A DNA stretch of 64,000 nt from NCBI GenBank assembly GCA_964016885.1, contig CAXHJY010000437.1, positions 218,207 through 282,206 of the forward strand, read 5' to 3'. Below, piece after piece: positions 1-14,605 of this stretch (position 1 is its first letter; each line of letters begins with the position of its first letter). Both the position numbers and the translations under genes were made by a program. The notes below the pieces were generated by a model. It was not told the origin of the DNA and did not search any database. It was given only the letters and a program-made list of their open reading frames with translations. The stretch comes from Eledone cirrhosa. Lineage: Eukaryota.

Positions 1-183
1 TTATCAGGTCCTCCCAGGTTTTTCTGGGTCTGCCTACTCCGTGGCTACCGTCTATCTTTATTGCCCTGCACATTTTTATACAGCTGTCGTCTTTCATGCG
101 CATCACGTGACCATACCAACGTAGCCTTCTCTCGAGTAAACAACATCTGATCCCTCTTACTTCTAATTTTTCCCTTAGTTCGT

Positions 184-1110
184 TTATACTTTGCCGTTCA
201 CGTATGTTACGTATGCAAAGTATGTGTGCATAAAAGATATATTACTATTACACAGTATATAAAGTATATTACTATTACACATCCCGCGGAGCATGCAAGC
301 TTCGTTCCTCTCTAGTCTGCGTATATCCTCTACACACAATGCCCAGGTCTCACTGCCATGCAACATTGCTGTTCGTATGCAGGCATCATACAACCTGCCT
401 TTCATTTTTAGGGAGAACCCTTTAGCGGCTAATAGTGCTATAAGCTCTCTGAACTTTCTCCATCCAATTCTGACTCTAGCTACTGTACTTTCAGAGCACC
501 CTCCCCCACTGCTGATTTTGTCACCCAGGTAACGGAAGCTGTCTACTATTTCTATAGAACCCTCTGCGCAGTTGAAATAGCTAGTATTTTGTGGCCACTT
601 GCTGCTACTTATTGCACCAGAGCACTGGCCACATGTAAAATCTATGTTCTTAGTTAGTTTACCTGTGATCCCACTACATCTTTTATGCACCCATACTTTG
701 CATTTGGGACACAAAATGGAGTTTCTACCTACGCCTTTCCTACACACTGAGCATGGCCATTTCCCGGAAGGGACCGCCGCCTTATTTTCTTTACTACAAA
801 CTAGAACTTTAGTCTTAGCCAGGTTAATTTTAAGGCCTTTTGATTCTAGGCCGTGCTTCCATGTTTGGAATTTCTTCTCTAGCTCAGCCATTGATTCAGC
901 TATGAGTGTTAGGTCATCTGCGTATAGGAGTTCCCATGGGCAGCCGGTCTTGAACTCCTCTGTTATAGCCTGAAGGGCAATAATAAATAGTAGGGGGTTA
1001 AGAACAGAGCCCTGATGAACACCAAATTTTACAGTAAACTCTTCACTATATTCGTTGTTAATTCTAACCTTGCTGACTGTTTCTTTATACATGGCTTGTA
1101 TAGCTCTCAC
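184..1110 (-). pseudogene. RTE ORF, C-terminal part: RT YADD region + PHD finger, disrupted by an insertion near 212-273
   Basis: [32 protein letters not shown]; the frame is lost after MCNSNI. Confidence 0.88.
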
Positions 1111-1127
1111 AAGCCATTCGTCAACAC

Positions 1128-3164
1128 CTAGTTTTCTAACAGCCCACCAGATATAGAACGGGGGATTCTGTCGAAGGCATTCTCCAGGTCAACAAAAGCT
1201 AAGTATAGTGGTTTACTTTTAGCTAGGTACTTCTCCTGTAGTTGTCGTACAATGAAAAGAGCGTCTGTGGTACTTTTGCCTGACACAAACCCGAACTGCA
1301 TTTCATCTAGATCAATTCTCTCTCTGATTAGTTGCGCTATTACTTTTTCCGTTACCTTCATGACCTGGTCGATTAATTTAATGCCTCTATAGTTACTCCT
1401 ATCTAGGGCGTCTCCTTTACCCTTGTAACAGTTAATGATGATGCTGCTACGCCAGTCCTTCGGAACAACCCCATTCTGTACGACTTGGTTAACTATCCGG
1501 GTGACCATGGTGTGTCTCACCGTACCAGATGCCTTCAGCATCTCGGCAACTATTTCCGAAGGCCCAGCCGCCTTACACGTCTCCATATCCTTGATTGCCT
1601 TACTTATTATACTACCCTCGGCTAACACTGCTGGTCCCTCTATTGGATCGATCTGGGGGAGACTGTCTTTCTCCCATTTGTTCTCCTCATTTAGAAGCCT
1701 TTCGTAGTGACACTTCCAAGCTACCTTCTTATCAGTGTCGGTGATGGCAAGTATGCCATCATCGTTAAGTACACACTTCTCCCCGACAATATCACGGTTT
1801 TCCTTGACACATTGCCTAGCAATCCTGAACACCTCACGTTTTTGGTCCTCCCGTTGTAGAACATGCTTGAACTTTCTTTCCTCTGCTTCCCTTCTTGCGA
1901 AGTACACTTGTCTCCTAGCTTCCCTCCTGGCCCCTTGATAGTCTTCTCTACTTCCCCCATCCCGCCATACTTTCCAAGCCTGCTTTTTGGCCTTGATTGA
2001 CCCCTCCACCTTACTGTTCCACCACCATGTTACTCTCCTCCTGCCTACAAGCCTGCTCCAGCCACAGACTTCGTCTGCCGCCTTCAGCAGGTTTGCTTTC
2101 AGGAATTCCCACTGCTCCTCTATATTGTACGACTCTAATTGCTCTTCCTTACTGTCGAAAGCATCAAGTAGTATGCTTTTAAATTTATTTCTGGCTGTGG
2201 GGTCCTTTAGCTTCCATATTTTTCTCCTGAGGACAGTCCTCTTCTGTTGTCTAATGCGTCTCGTCCTGACTATTAGGTCGCTGATTATCAGTCTATGTTG
2301 GGAGGTGCATTCTTCGTGGGGGAGGGATTTATAGTTTACAACAGACACTCTGTCACGTCTTCTGGTAAGGATATAATCTACCTGGCTTGTGTGTTCCCCC
2401 GATCTATAGGTGATCAGGTGATTGTCCCGTTTTTTGAAGTTAGTGTTACAGATAGTTAGGTTATTTGCGTCACAGAATTCCAGGATTCTGGAGCCTTCCT
2501 TATTTCTAGTACCAAACCCATAGCCTCCATGGATTTCGTCGTAGCCGTCACAATATTGTCCAACGTGACCATTTAGGTCGCCTGCAATAATTATATAGTC
2601 ACTGTCGGTTATTTGGGAGGTAGTGAGCATCAGTGTCTCATAGAATCTGTCTTTTATAGTGCCGGGCAGTCCGGATTGGGGTGCGTACGCAGATATTACT
2701 GTCACCGTAGTTCTATTGAGGACAAGTCTTATTTTAATTATTCTGTCGTTCACTCTATTTACGTCTATTATCTTATCTGCCCACTTTTCTGCTACCATGA
2801 TTTCTACTCCACCCAGCCCATTGTCATTGCCCACCCAGAAAAGCTTATAGCATCGTTTTTTACCCACAATGAATCTAGGAGACCCACCCCTCCACCTGGT
2901 CTCTTGAATACAACAAACATCGACCTCCTTACGTTCAAGCATTTCTACAACCTCGTTAGAGCGACCCTTTAAGGTGCCTACATTCATGGTATCAACTCTG
3001 AAGTTTTGGATTGCGTTTGGAGGGTGGGAGCGGTGGGGAGGGGGGGGGGTTATGTTAGCCATCCGCGGCCGAAACAAGGAGGAGTGCTCGCATTCTCGTC
3101 CAGATTTTTCTGGGCGTCCAGATTTTTCTCTCTTCAACTCTCCAGAATTCCGTAGTCCATCCAT
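1128..3164 (-). pseudogene. RTE ORF, N-terminal part: APE endonuclease + RT N-terminal half, ending at a frameshift near 1150
   Basis: 678-aa ORF; 1-bp deletion relative to copy 2 (accagat-atag vs accagataatgg) shifts RSIIWW out of frame. Confidence 0.9.
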
Positions 3165-3700
3165 CCGTCATATCGAAAGGCAACTAGGTAAGCGATAGTA
3201 TAGGCCTCTGGCTTATGATTGGTCCACGTAATAATAATTGTGGTGCGTGGGGACGGGTGTTGAGTTGTTAGCGAGAAGGTTAGGTTTAAGTAAGATCCTC
3301 GTATTTAACAAGCAATAACAAAAATACAAGATTTGTTTTGAAAAATACGACAAAAATACAGGAGGATTTGTTTTGGAAATGCGATAGAATAGCGAGTAGC
3401 GAGGCAAAGATTGGAATCGGGTAAGAGAAAATGCTATAGAATTGTCGGATGGGGTAGACTATGGAATTGAGTGGATTGTAGAAATGCAAGAAAAATGTGT
3501 ACATTACATTATACCGTGAAGGAAAGCAGCCATGAATTTGGCGAATGTGATTACTTGTGGGGTTTATCTTATATATATAGATAGAGAGAGAGAAGGGGGG
3601 GGGAGGTTTGGCCGCATGATGTAGAGTGGGGTGGCTGACCGCGAACTCTCATGATGTAGGGAAGGGGGAGGAGATATTAAGGAGCGGGAATTAAGATAGT

Positions 3701-5382
<1,682 letters not shown>

Positions 5383-6305
5383 GAAACCCCAGAGTTACCT
5401 CCCCGCATGCATTAACTCCCCTTAGCCACACACACACTTCCGGTATTCAATGGCGTCTCTCGAAACGTAACAACCTCCTGTATCGAACTAAAGAACACCA
5501 GACTACGATCTCTAACTGGATTGTCGTGGATTATGTGAAAGGCATATAATCGAAATATACACTCCCTTGACCATGAAAATGCCGAAGTACATGAATTACT
5601 TGACATCCCTGCGTTGTGCACTCCAATACTTATAACACTTTTAATGCTTGCACTATCTTTAATGCTTATAATATTTCTCCACACACAGACTACATCAATC
5701 ATATAAAGACTTTGCCACCAGATCTACCAACCTAACACTCTTATTTACCTACCTAAGTGCCTCTACCACACATATCTCTCTGCCACACTATATAAACAAG
5801 ACGCACATGCGTGCCACACATATAACATTTGCACTATATAACCACTTATCTTCATGTTGTACTTTAACCTATATCTTTGATTTTTGATTGTACCTATTAA
5901 TATAAATGTAATCTCGAAGTGTGTACTGCCACTCTAAATTTTGTAATGAATGTTGACCCACAATGTTTGAATATGTATCAATGTTTGAATATGTATTGGT
6001 ATGTCTCTCGGCTGAAAAGGAGGTCATATAACTGTCCATGCATTAATAAATTGCTCCGAAGAATCCAAACCTCGGTTTGGAGGAAACAGCTGTAAGCACA
6101 ATAATGTTTTGAACAGTTCTTTGATTCTTATATTTCATATAACTGCTCTGTAAATCATCTGATGTTTTTACATTGAGCTACTTAACTTACTGGTAATAAG
6201 GTAGTAATACATTACTGCCTACCACTATTTAGGGTGTGTGTAAAATACTTACAACTGCTTAAGGTTTTGTGTTTACATAACCATAAATAGTATAACTAAT
6301 ACTAT
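5383..6305 (+). mobile_element. Penelope-like (Naiad-type) 3' UTR / pseudo-LTR fragment
   Basis: Homologous to 61500-62282 (agttacctcccc..cacttccgg; gaaaaggaggtca..ttgctccgaagaatc..cctcggtttggaggaaac) and to the reverse complement of 59615-59790. Confidence 0.75.
6052..6098 (+). ncRNA. Minimal type I hammerhead-ribozyme variant
   Basis: tgct-CCGAAGA-a-tccaaacc/tc/ggtttgga-g-GAAAC-agct-GTA-agca: stems I and II plus a palindromic stem III, as in Penelope pLTR hammerheads. Core position 4 is C rather than U. Confidence 0.65.
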
Positions 6306-6424
6306 ATGTATATGTATATATATGTATGTATATGTATATATATGTATGTATATGTATATATATGTATGTATATATATATGTATATGTATGTATATATATA
6401 TGTATATGTATATATATATGTATG

Positions 6425-6460
<36 letters not shown>

Positions 6461-6461
<1 letters not shown>

Positions 6462-8885
6462 CATCATCATCATCATCATCATCAACGTTTAACGTCCGTG
6501 TTCCACGCTTGCATGGGTTTGGACGGGGGTAGTCCCACTTGAGGCAAGAGTGATTGTCTTGCTCGCATAGGACTGTCTGGCAGGTTTTCTACAGTTGGAT
6601 GCCCTTCCTAACACCAACCACATTTACAGTGTGGGTCTGGGAGGTTTTTACCGTGTTGCCTACACGGCCACATTACAGCGTGGACTGTGTGTTTTTTTGT
6701 CGTGACACCTACACGATCTCATTTGTTTCGGCCTGGATGGCGCGGCACCAACATAACTTTACATAGAACGGGGTGCTGTGGATGGGGTGGGGGTGGCGGC
6801 GGGAGGGGTGTATTTTGTTAGAGATGCCTACTGGCAAGGCGGGTCTTCTCTGTTACTGAGTACCGCCAAAGGTCACGGTCCAGTGACATTGTCTTGGAAA
6901 GGTGTAAGTGTGTGAGGTCGGAGTTTATCAGCTCATCCCATGTTTTTCTAGGTCTGCCTATTCCGTGGCTACCGTCTATCTTTATTGCCCTGCACTTTGT
7001 AATACAGCTATCGACTTTCATGCGCATCACGTGTCCATACCAACGCAGCCTTCTCTCGAGTAAACAACATCTGATCCCTCTTATCTCTAATTTTTTCCTT
7101 AGTTCGTTTATGCTTTGCCGTTCACGTATATTACTGTTACACATCCAGCGGAGCATGCAAGCTTCGTTCCTCTCTAGTCTGCGTATATCCTCTGCACACA
7201 ATGCCCAGGTCTCACTACCATGCAACATTGCTGTTCGTATGCAGGCATCGTACAACCTGCCTTTCATTTTTAGGGAGAACCCTTTAGCAGCTAATAGTGG
7301 TATAAGCTCTCTGAACTTTTTCCAACCAGTTCTGACTCTAGCTACAGTACTTTCAGAGCACCCTCCCCCACTGCTGATTTTATCGCCCAGGTAACGGAAG
7401 CTGTCCACTATTTCTATAGAACCCTCTGCGCAATTGAAAGAGCTAGTATTTTGTGGGCACTTGCTGCTACTTATTGCACCAGAACACCGGCCACATGTAA
7501 AGTCTATGTTCTTAGTTAGCTTACCTGTGATCCCACTACATCTTTTATGCACCCATACTTTGCATTTAGGACATAAGATGGAGTTTCTACCTACGCCTTT
7601 CCTACATACCGAGCACGACCATTTCCCAGAAGGGACCGCCGCCTTGTTTTCTTTCCTACAAACTAGAACTTTGGTCTTAGCCAGGTTAATTTTAAGTCCT
7701 TTTGACTCTAGGCCGTGCTTCCATGTTTGGAATTTCTTCTCTAGCTCGGCCATTGATTCCGCTATGAGTGTCAGGTCGTCTGCGTATAGGAGTTCCCATG
7801 GGCAGCCTGTCTTGAACTCCTCTGTTATAGCCTGAAGGGCAATAATAAATAGTAGGGGGCTGAGAACAGAGCCCTGATGGACGCCAACTTTTACGCTAAA
7901 CTCTTCACTATATTCGTTGTTAATTCTAACCTTGCTGACTGTTTCTTTATACATGGCTTGTATAGCCCTCACAAGCCATTCGTCAACGCCTAGTTTTCTA
8001 AGAGCCCACCAGATAATGGAGCGGGGGACTCTGTCGAAGGCTTTCTCCAGGTCGACAAAAGCTAAGTAGAGGGGTTTACCTTTAGCTAGGTACTTCTCCT
8101 GTAGTTGTCGTACTATGAAAAGAGCGTCTGTGGTGCTTTTGCCTGACACAAACCCGAACTGCATTTCATCTAGATCAATTCTCTCTCTGATTAGTTGCGC
8201 TATTACTTTTTCCGTGACCTTCATGACCTGGTCGATTAATTTAATGCCTCTATAGTTACTCCTATCTAGGGCGTCTCCTTTACCCTTATAACAGTTAACG
8301 ATGATGCTGCTATGCCAGTCCTTCGGAACAACCCCATTCTGTACGACTTGGTTAACTATGCGGGTGACCATGGTGTGTCCCACCGTGCCAGATGCCTTCA
8401 GCATCTCAGCAACTATTTCCGAAGGCCCAGCCGCCTTACCAGTCTTCATATCCTTGATTGCCTTACTTATTATACTCCCCTCGACTAACACTGCTGGTCC
8501 CTCTATCGGGTCGATAAGGGGGAGACTGTCTTTCTCCCATTTATTCTCCTCATTTAGTAGCCTTTCATAGTGACACTTCCAAGCTACCTTCTTATCAGTG
8601 TCGGTGATGGCAAGTATGCCATCATCGTTAAGTACACACTTCTCCCCGACAATATCACGGTTTTCCTTGACGCATTGCCTGGCAATCCTGAACACCTCAC
8701 GTTTTTGGTCATCGCGTTGTAGAACATGCTTGAACTTTCTTTCCTCAGCTTCCCTTCTTGCTAAGTACACTTCTCTCCTAGCTTCCCTCCTGGCCACTTG
8801 ATAGTCTACTCTACTTCCCCCATCCCGCCATACTTTCCAAGCCTGCTTTTTGGCCTTAATTGACCCCTCCACCCTATTGTTCCCA
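6461..8885 (-). mobile_element. RTE family A, copy 2 (5'-truncated, open RT-PHD frame, 3' UTR and (GAT)n tail)
   Basis: Highly similar to copy 1; (CAT)n at 6461-6484. Confidence 0.95.
6818..8872 (-). CDS. Uninterrupted RTE reverse transcriptase frame with PHD insertion (no endonuclease; lacks a native start)
   Basis: 684 aa; [38 protein letters not shown]. Confidence 0.85.
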   Translation of the reverse strand: MEGSIKAKKQAWKVWRDGGSRVDYQVARREARREVYLARREAEERKFKHVLQRDDQKREVFRIARQCVKENRDIVGEKCVLNDDGILAITDTDKKVAWKCHYERLLNEENKWEKDSLPLIDPIEGPAVLVEGSIISKAIKDMKTGKAAGPSEIVAEMLKASGTVGHTMVTRIVNQVVQNGVVPKDWHSSIIVNCYKGKGDALDRSNYRGIKLIDQVMKVTEKVIAQLIRERIDLDEMQFGFVSGKSTTDALFIVRQLQEKYLAKGKPLYLAFVDLEKAFDRVPRSIIWWALRKLGVDEWLVRAIQAMYKETVSKVRINNEYSEEFSVKVGVHQGSVLSPLLFIIALQAITEEFKTGCPWELLYADDLTLIAESMAELEKKFQTWKHGLESKGLKINLAKTKVLVCRKENKAAVPSGKWSCSVCRKGVGRNSILCPKCKVWVHKRCSGITGKLTKNIDFTCGRCSGAISSSKCPQNTSSFNCAEGSIEIVDSFRYLGDKISSGGGCSESTVARVRTGWKKFRELIPLLAAKGFSLKMKGRLYDACIRTAMLHGSETWALCAEDIRRLERNEACMLRWMCNSNIRERQSINELRKKLEIRGIRCCLLERRLRWYGHVMRMKVDSCITKCRAIKIDGSHGIGRPRKTWDELINSDLTHLHLSKTMSLDRDLWRYSVTEKTRLASRHL

Positions 8886-9099
8886 TATATATATGTATAT
8901 GTATATATATGTATATATATGTATATGTATATATATGTATATATATGTATATGTATATATATATGTATGTATATATATATGTATATGTATGTATATATAT
9001 ATGTATATTAATTGACCCCTCCACCCTATTGTTCCCATATATATATGTATATGTATATATATGTATATATATGTATATGTATATATATGTATATGTATA

Positions 9100-10226
9100 T
9101 CATCATCATCATCATCATCAGCGTTTAACGTCCGTGTTCCACGCTTGCATGGGTTTGGACGGGGGTAGTCCCACTTGAGGCAAGAGTGATTGTCTTGCTC
9201 GCATAGGACTGTCTGGCAGGTTTTCTACAGTTGGATGCCCTTCCTAACACCAACCACATTTACAGTGTGGGTCTGGGAGGTTTTTACCGTGTTGCCTACA
9301 CGGCCACATTACAGCGTGGACTGTGTGTTTTTTTGTCGTGACACCTACACGATCTCATTTGTTTCGGCCTCGATGGCGCGGCACCAACATAACTTTACAT
9401 AGAACGGGGTGGTGTGGATCGGGTGGGGGTGGTGGGACGGGGTGTATTTGTTAGAGATGCCTACTGGCTGGAGCAGGTTTTACTATATATTTAGGTAAGG
9501 CGGGTCTTCTCTGTTACTGAGTACCGCCAAAGGTCTCGGTCCAGTGACATTGTCTTGGAGAGGTGTAAGTGTGTGATGTCGGAGTTTATCAGCTCGTCCC
9601 AGGTTTTTCTAGGTCTGCCTATTCCGTGACTACCGTCTATCTTTATTGCCCTGCACTTTGTTATACAGCTATCGACTTTCATGCGCATCACGTGTCCATA
9701 CCAACGTAGCCTTCTCTCGAGTAAACAACATCTGATCCCTCTTATCTCTAATTTATTCCTTAGTTCGTTTATGCTTTGCCGTTCACGTATATTACTGTTA
9801 CACATCCAGCGGAGCATGCAAGCTTCGTTCCTCTCTAGTCTGCGTATATCCTCTGCACACAATGCCCAGGTCTCACTGCCATGCAGCATTGCTGTTCGTA
9901 TGCAGGCATCGTACAACCTGCCTTTCATTTTTAGTGAGAACCCTTTAGCAGCTAATAGTGGTATAAGCTCTCTGAACTTTTTCCAACCAGTTCTGACTCT
10001 AGCTACAGTACTTTCAGAGCACCCTCCCCCACTGCTGATTTTATCGCCCAGGTAACGGAAGCTGTCCACTATTTCTATAGAACCCTCTGCGCAATTGAAA
10101 GAGCTAGTAGTTTGTGGGCACTTGCTGCTACTTATTGCACCAGAGCACCGGCCACATGTAAAATCTATGTTCTTAGTTAGCCTACCTGTGATCCCACTAC
10201 ATCTTTTATGCACCCATACTTTGCAT
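9100..10226 (-). mobile_element. RTE family A, copy 3 (5'-truncated inside the PHD finger)
   Basis: ORF 9491-10213, 3' UTR nearly identical to copy 2, (CAT)n at 9100-9120. Confidence 0.95.
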
Positions 10227-10367
10227 GTATATATATGTATATATATGTATATGTATATATATATGTATGTATATATATATGTATATGTATGTATATATAT
10301 ATGTATATGTATATATATATGTAAGTATCTATATAGATATAGTATGTATATATATAGAATATATATA

Positions 10368-10530
10368 TAACTGCTCTGTAGAACAACTGATGTTATTACA
10401 TTGAGCTATTTATCTTACTGGTAATGAGGTAGTAATAAATTACTGACCTTCACTGTTTAGGGCTTAAAATATATATAACTATAATATGTTTTTGTATATA
10501 CATAACCATAAATAGTATCCTTAATATTAC
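10368..10530 (+). mobile_element. Penelope pseudo-LTR tail fragment
   Basis: Similar to 6140-6300 (actgctctgta..ctgatgtt..tacattgagcta..cataaccataaatagtat). Confidence 0.7.
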
Positions 10531-10602
10531 GTATGTATATATATACGTATAAAAATGTGTATGTATATATATATGTGAATGTATATATATATATATATGT
10601 GA

Positions 10603-10640
<38 letters not shown>

Positions 10641-10659
10641 ATGTATATATATGTGAATG

Positions 10660-10698
<39 letters not shown>

Positions 10699-10734
10699 GT
10701 ACATATATATGTATATATATGTGTATGTATACGA

Positions 10735-10975
10735 GAAAAAAAATACACAGTCCACGCCCTAATGTGGCCGTGTAGGTAGCACGGTGAAAAGTTCCCAGTT
10801 CCACACTTAAATGTGGTTGGTGTTAGGAAGGGCATCCAGCCATAGAAAACCTGCCAGATAGTCCTATATGAGCGAGACATGGTCACCCGACCAACCTTGC
10901 CTCAAGTGGGACAACTCCCGTCTAACCCATGCTTTCGCGGAAAGTGGACGTTAAACGAGGATGATGATGATGATG
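10735..10975 (+). mobile_element. Solo RTE-A 3' UTR / SINE tail
   Basis: ttaggaagggcatccagc motif, cccgtctaacccatgc, (GAT)n tail. Confidence 0.85.
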
Positions 10976-10997
10976 TGTATGTATATATATGTAAATG

Positions 10998-11035
<38 letters not shown>

Positions 11036-12122
11036 TATATATGTGTATATATGTATATATATGTATATGTATATATGTATGTGTATATATGTATATATCT
11101 ATATATGTATATGTATATATGTATGTGTATATATGTATATATATGTATATGTATATATGTATGTGTATATATGTATATATATATGTATATATGTATGTAT
11201 GTGTGTGTATATATGTGTATATATGTATATATGTATATGTATGTATGTATGTGTATATATGTATATATGTATGTGTATGTGTATATATGTATATATGTAT
11301 GTGTATATGTATATATATATATGTATGTGTATATGTATATATATATATATGTATATATGTATGTGTATATGTATATATGTATATGTATATATATATATAT
11401 GTGTATGTATGTATATGTATACATATATATGTATGTGTACATATGTATATGTATATATGTATATGTATATGTATATATATATATATGTATGTGTATATAT
11501 GTATATGTATATATATATATATGTATGTGTATATATGTATATGTATATATATATATGTATGTGTATATATGTATATGTATATATGTATATGTATATATAT
11601 ATATGTATGTGTATATATGTATATGTATATATGTATATATGTATATGTATATATATATATATGTATATATGTATATGTATATATATATATGTATGTGTAT
11701 ATATGTATATGTATATATATATATGTATGTGTATATATATCATCATCATCATCACCGTTTTACGTCCGTTCTTCCACGCTAGCATGGGTTAGACGGGTTG
11801 TCCTGTTGTGGGCAGTGTCTGGTCGGCTGACCATGCCTTGCTCATACAGGAACTGATCTGTGTATATATATGTGTATATATATGTGTATATATATATGTG
11901 TATATATATATGTGTATATATATATATTTTTATGTGTATATATAAGTGTATATATATGTGTATATATATATGTGTATATATATATATATGTATGTGTATA
12001 TATATGTATGTGTATATATATATATGTGTATATATATATATATGTGTATATATATATATGTGTGTATGTATATATATGTGTGTATGTATATATATATATA
12101 TATATATATTTATATGTGTATG

Positions 12123-12161
<39 letters not shown>

Positions 12162-12364
12162 ATATGTATATATATATATAAATATGTATGTGTATATGTA
12201 TATATATATAAATATGTATGTGTATATGTATGTGTATATGTATATATATATAAATATGTATGTGTATATGTATGTGTATATATATATATATGTATGTGTA
12301 TATGTATATATGTGTATATGTATATATGTCTATACATGTATATACATATGTGTGTATATGTATG

Positions 12365-12396
<32 letters not shown>
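10976..12396. repeat. (TA/TG) microsatellite array with a minus-strand RTE/SINE tail at about 11740-11858
   Basis: Visible; the insert matches 24401-24511. Confidence 0.92.
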
Positions 12397-14325
12397 CTAT
12401 TAGTATCACATTAATCTGTCAAATTTTCCAATATAAAACATGTTTAAAGGCTGCTTTTCTGATGGGACGCTGCATATTTGAAATTCTATGTATATATGCA
12501 AATGTATGCACTATACTCTGGCATATATACACTTGTATGCACATGTGTATGGAATAATATCTCTTTTCTAAACTTTTCTAATGTTGTTTTGATGTTGTAA
12601 CAGTTGTTGTTCTTCCTGTTGTCTGTAAGATGCATGCACCAACTATAATACAGCTGATATATAATCTGTCTGTATTCTCATTACCAGCCAAATTCTTTTC
12701 AGTATCAGGCTTGTTTTCTACACATTCTGCGAAAATTGCAGATATTGGAATATTAACAAGGGCTATCTAACTAGCTCTGGAAAAAAATGGATGTTAGAAT
12801 TGTTCATAGATAATGGCGATTATAATAATAGTATTTTTGTTACTGTTGTTGTTAGTGGTGGTGGCTAGCTTTGGTTGAGTAAATCTATTATTAAAGATGT
12901 TTTAGCTTTGAAAGTTCTTCAGCTGTAGTATACATTATCCAAAGCCTCTTTCCATTTTTTAAAAACACTAAGGTGGGATTTGAGGGAGATTTGGTTGCAA
13001 ATTCTAGCAGATGACTGATCGTGAAAAGACTCCCTCATTGGCTCCTTATTGTTCATGTTGTTTAGCCTCAGGTCAACCCTAAACAAACAGATTTATGATG
13101 AAAGGTGTTTTTGTCAGAACTTAATCATGCAGTGTGTCTTTCTTGAAACATTAGAATGCTATTTGAGGGATATATGGCTGTTATTTACTGTGCACATCGT
13201 ATAACAATGTAGCAATTCCCTTTTTGGCTCATTTTCATTGTTGACTAACACTTTTGATCATTAATTTTCTCAGTCAGTGTTGATTTAGTGCTAAACATTA
13301 ACAACATATGCATGATGTTTGTAGAAATTCATGAGAAATGAATTCAGTATGTGTAACATTGAGATGAGCTGAGTGAACAGCTAAGCATTAAAATATATAT
13401 ACAGAGAAATTAGTTGGGCCTGATCAGAGATGATAATACAAATACACAAGTGTTGGGTGAAAACCATACTGTGAGGTTACCGGTTGTGGAGGAGGATGTA
13501 GGAAAAGTGATATTAGACCTCATGGACAAGAGATGAAGGTGGAGATAAATAGGACATGATGATGATGGCAATAACCTGTTTAATACAAATGAATGCTTTT
13601 ATGTTCTGCCACACCCTACAAACTAGTTATATAGAGATAAATGAGTGAACAGGTAACTTGCTTTTCAAATTTTTGCAAATTAATGGTTGGAGATAAAATA
13701 TGGATGAGAAGGAAGCTGGAGAGGAATTCAATAACATTGTTCCAATCACTTCTAGTTCAGTTTCATTTACAAAAGAAAAAAATTAATGTGAGAAATTAGC
13801 CAATCATTCTACTATCTGTTTTTAGTTTCCATAAATACCATTGATTTTAGCTCAGTCTCTGTGTTGTTTTTATATTATGTTGTATTTGTTTAGTTTTACA
13901 ATACAATGGAAGTATTTCAGCACTTCAGTCTTTCAATTACACCCTCATGTCAAAAATATTTAGAATTTCTATCAAAAGATTTTGTTATTCAGATGCTTAA
14001 ATCACTATCTTTTAAAATCACAAATTTACGTTTTACTTTTTAGAAATGTTCATTTTTCTCTTTATTTCCTACTTGAAAAAAAGTTATCAGTTTATGTAAA
14101 TTTTTGCTTCTTTGATTAGGGTTTATTGAAAAATAAGAAGATATTAAAATCTGTAGAAATCTTTTGCAAATATATTTGTTGTTTTGGGATATAACTATTG
14201 AAATACTTTATTTACTAGTATTGTACACATTCTTTTTACATCCCACACATATAAAGAATGAAACCTGAATTTTCCTTTAATTCATTAGTTTTCTTTTAAC
14301 TGCATTATTTTTTTGTGTTAAACAG

Positions 14326-14405
14326 CAGGAATATGTGTAGTAAAACAGGAATCTGTGTAGTAAAACAGGAATCTGTGTAGTAAAACAGGAATCTGTGTAG
14401 TAAAA
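14326..14405 (+). repeat. 20-bp tandem repeat x4 (caggaatctgtgtagtaaaa)
   Basis: Visible; the first unit has one mismatch. Confidence 0.95.
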
Positions 14406-14420
14406 CAGTCTGCAGAACAT

Positions 14421-14605
14421 TATTGGCAGTATCAGTAGAGGGTCGGACGCCATGCTTTCCAGTATAGAGTTACGCCCTTTATGGTCTGAGTTCAAATCCC
14501 GCCGAAGTTAACTTTGCCTTTCATCCTTACGGGGTCGATAAAATAAAGTACCAGTAATGCACTGGAATAATTGCTGGCCTTGTGCCAATAGTAGAAACAA
14601 TTATA
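14421..14605 (+). mobile_element. tRNA-related SINE
   Basis: B-box-like GAGTTCAAATCC; second copy at 20111-20292 (-); decayed copies near 15690 and 49330-49850. Confidence 0.8.

Larger units (their letters stand above)
1..3700 (-). mobile_element. RTE-clade LINE family A, copy 1 (near full length; 3' end runs off the window; putative 5' UTR about 3165-3700)
   Basis: APE motifs (MNVGTL, CIQETRW, SAYAPQ, AGDLNGHVG, VDYIL, SQHR) and RT motifs (NYRGIKL, QFGF, FVDLE, HQGSVL, LLYADDL, FRYLG, HGSETW). The 5' boundary is uncertain. Confidence 0.9.

Noticed and set aside
293-2972. Antisense ORFs overlapping RTE copies
   Set aside because: Shadow frames of the LINE coding strand.
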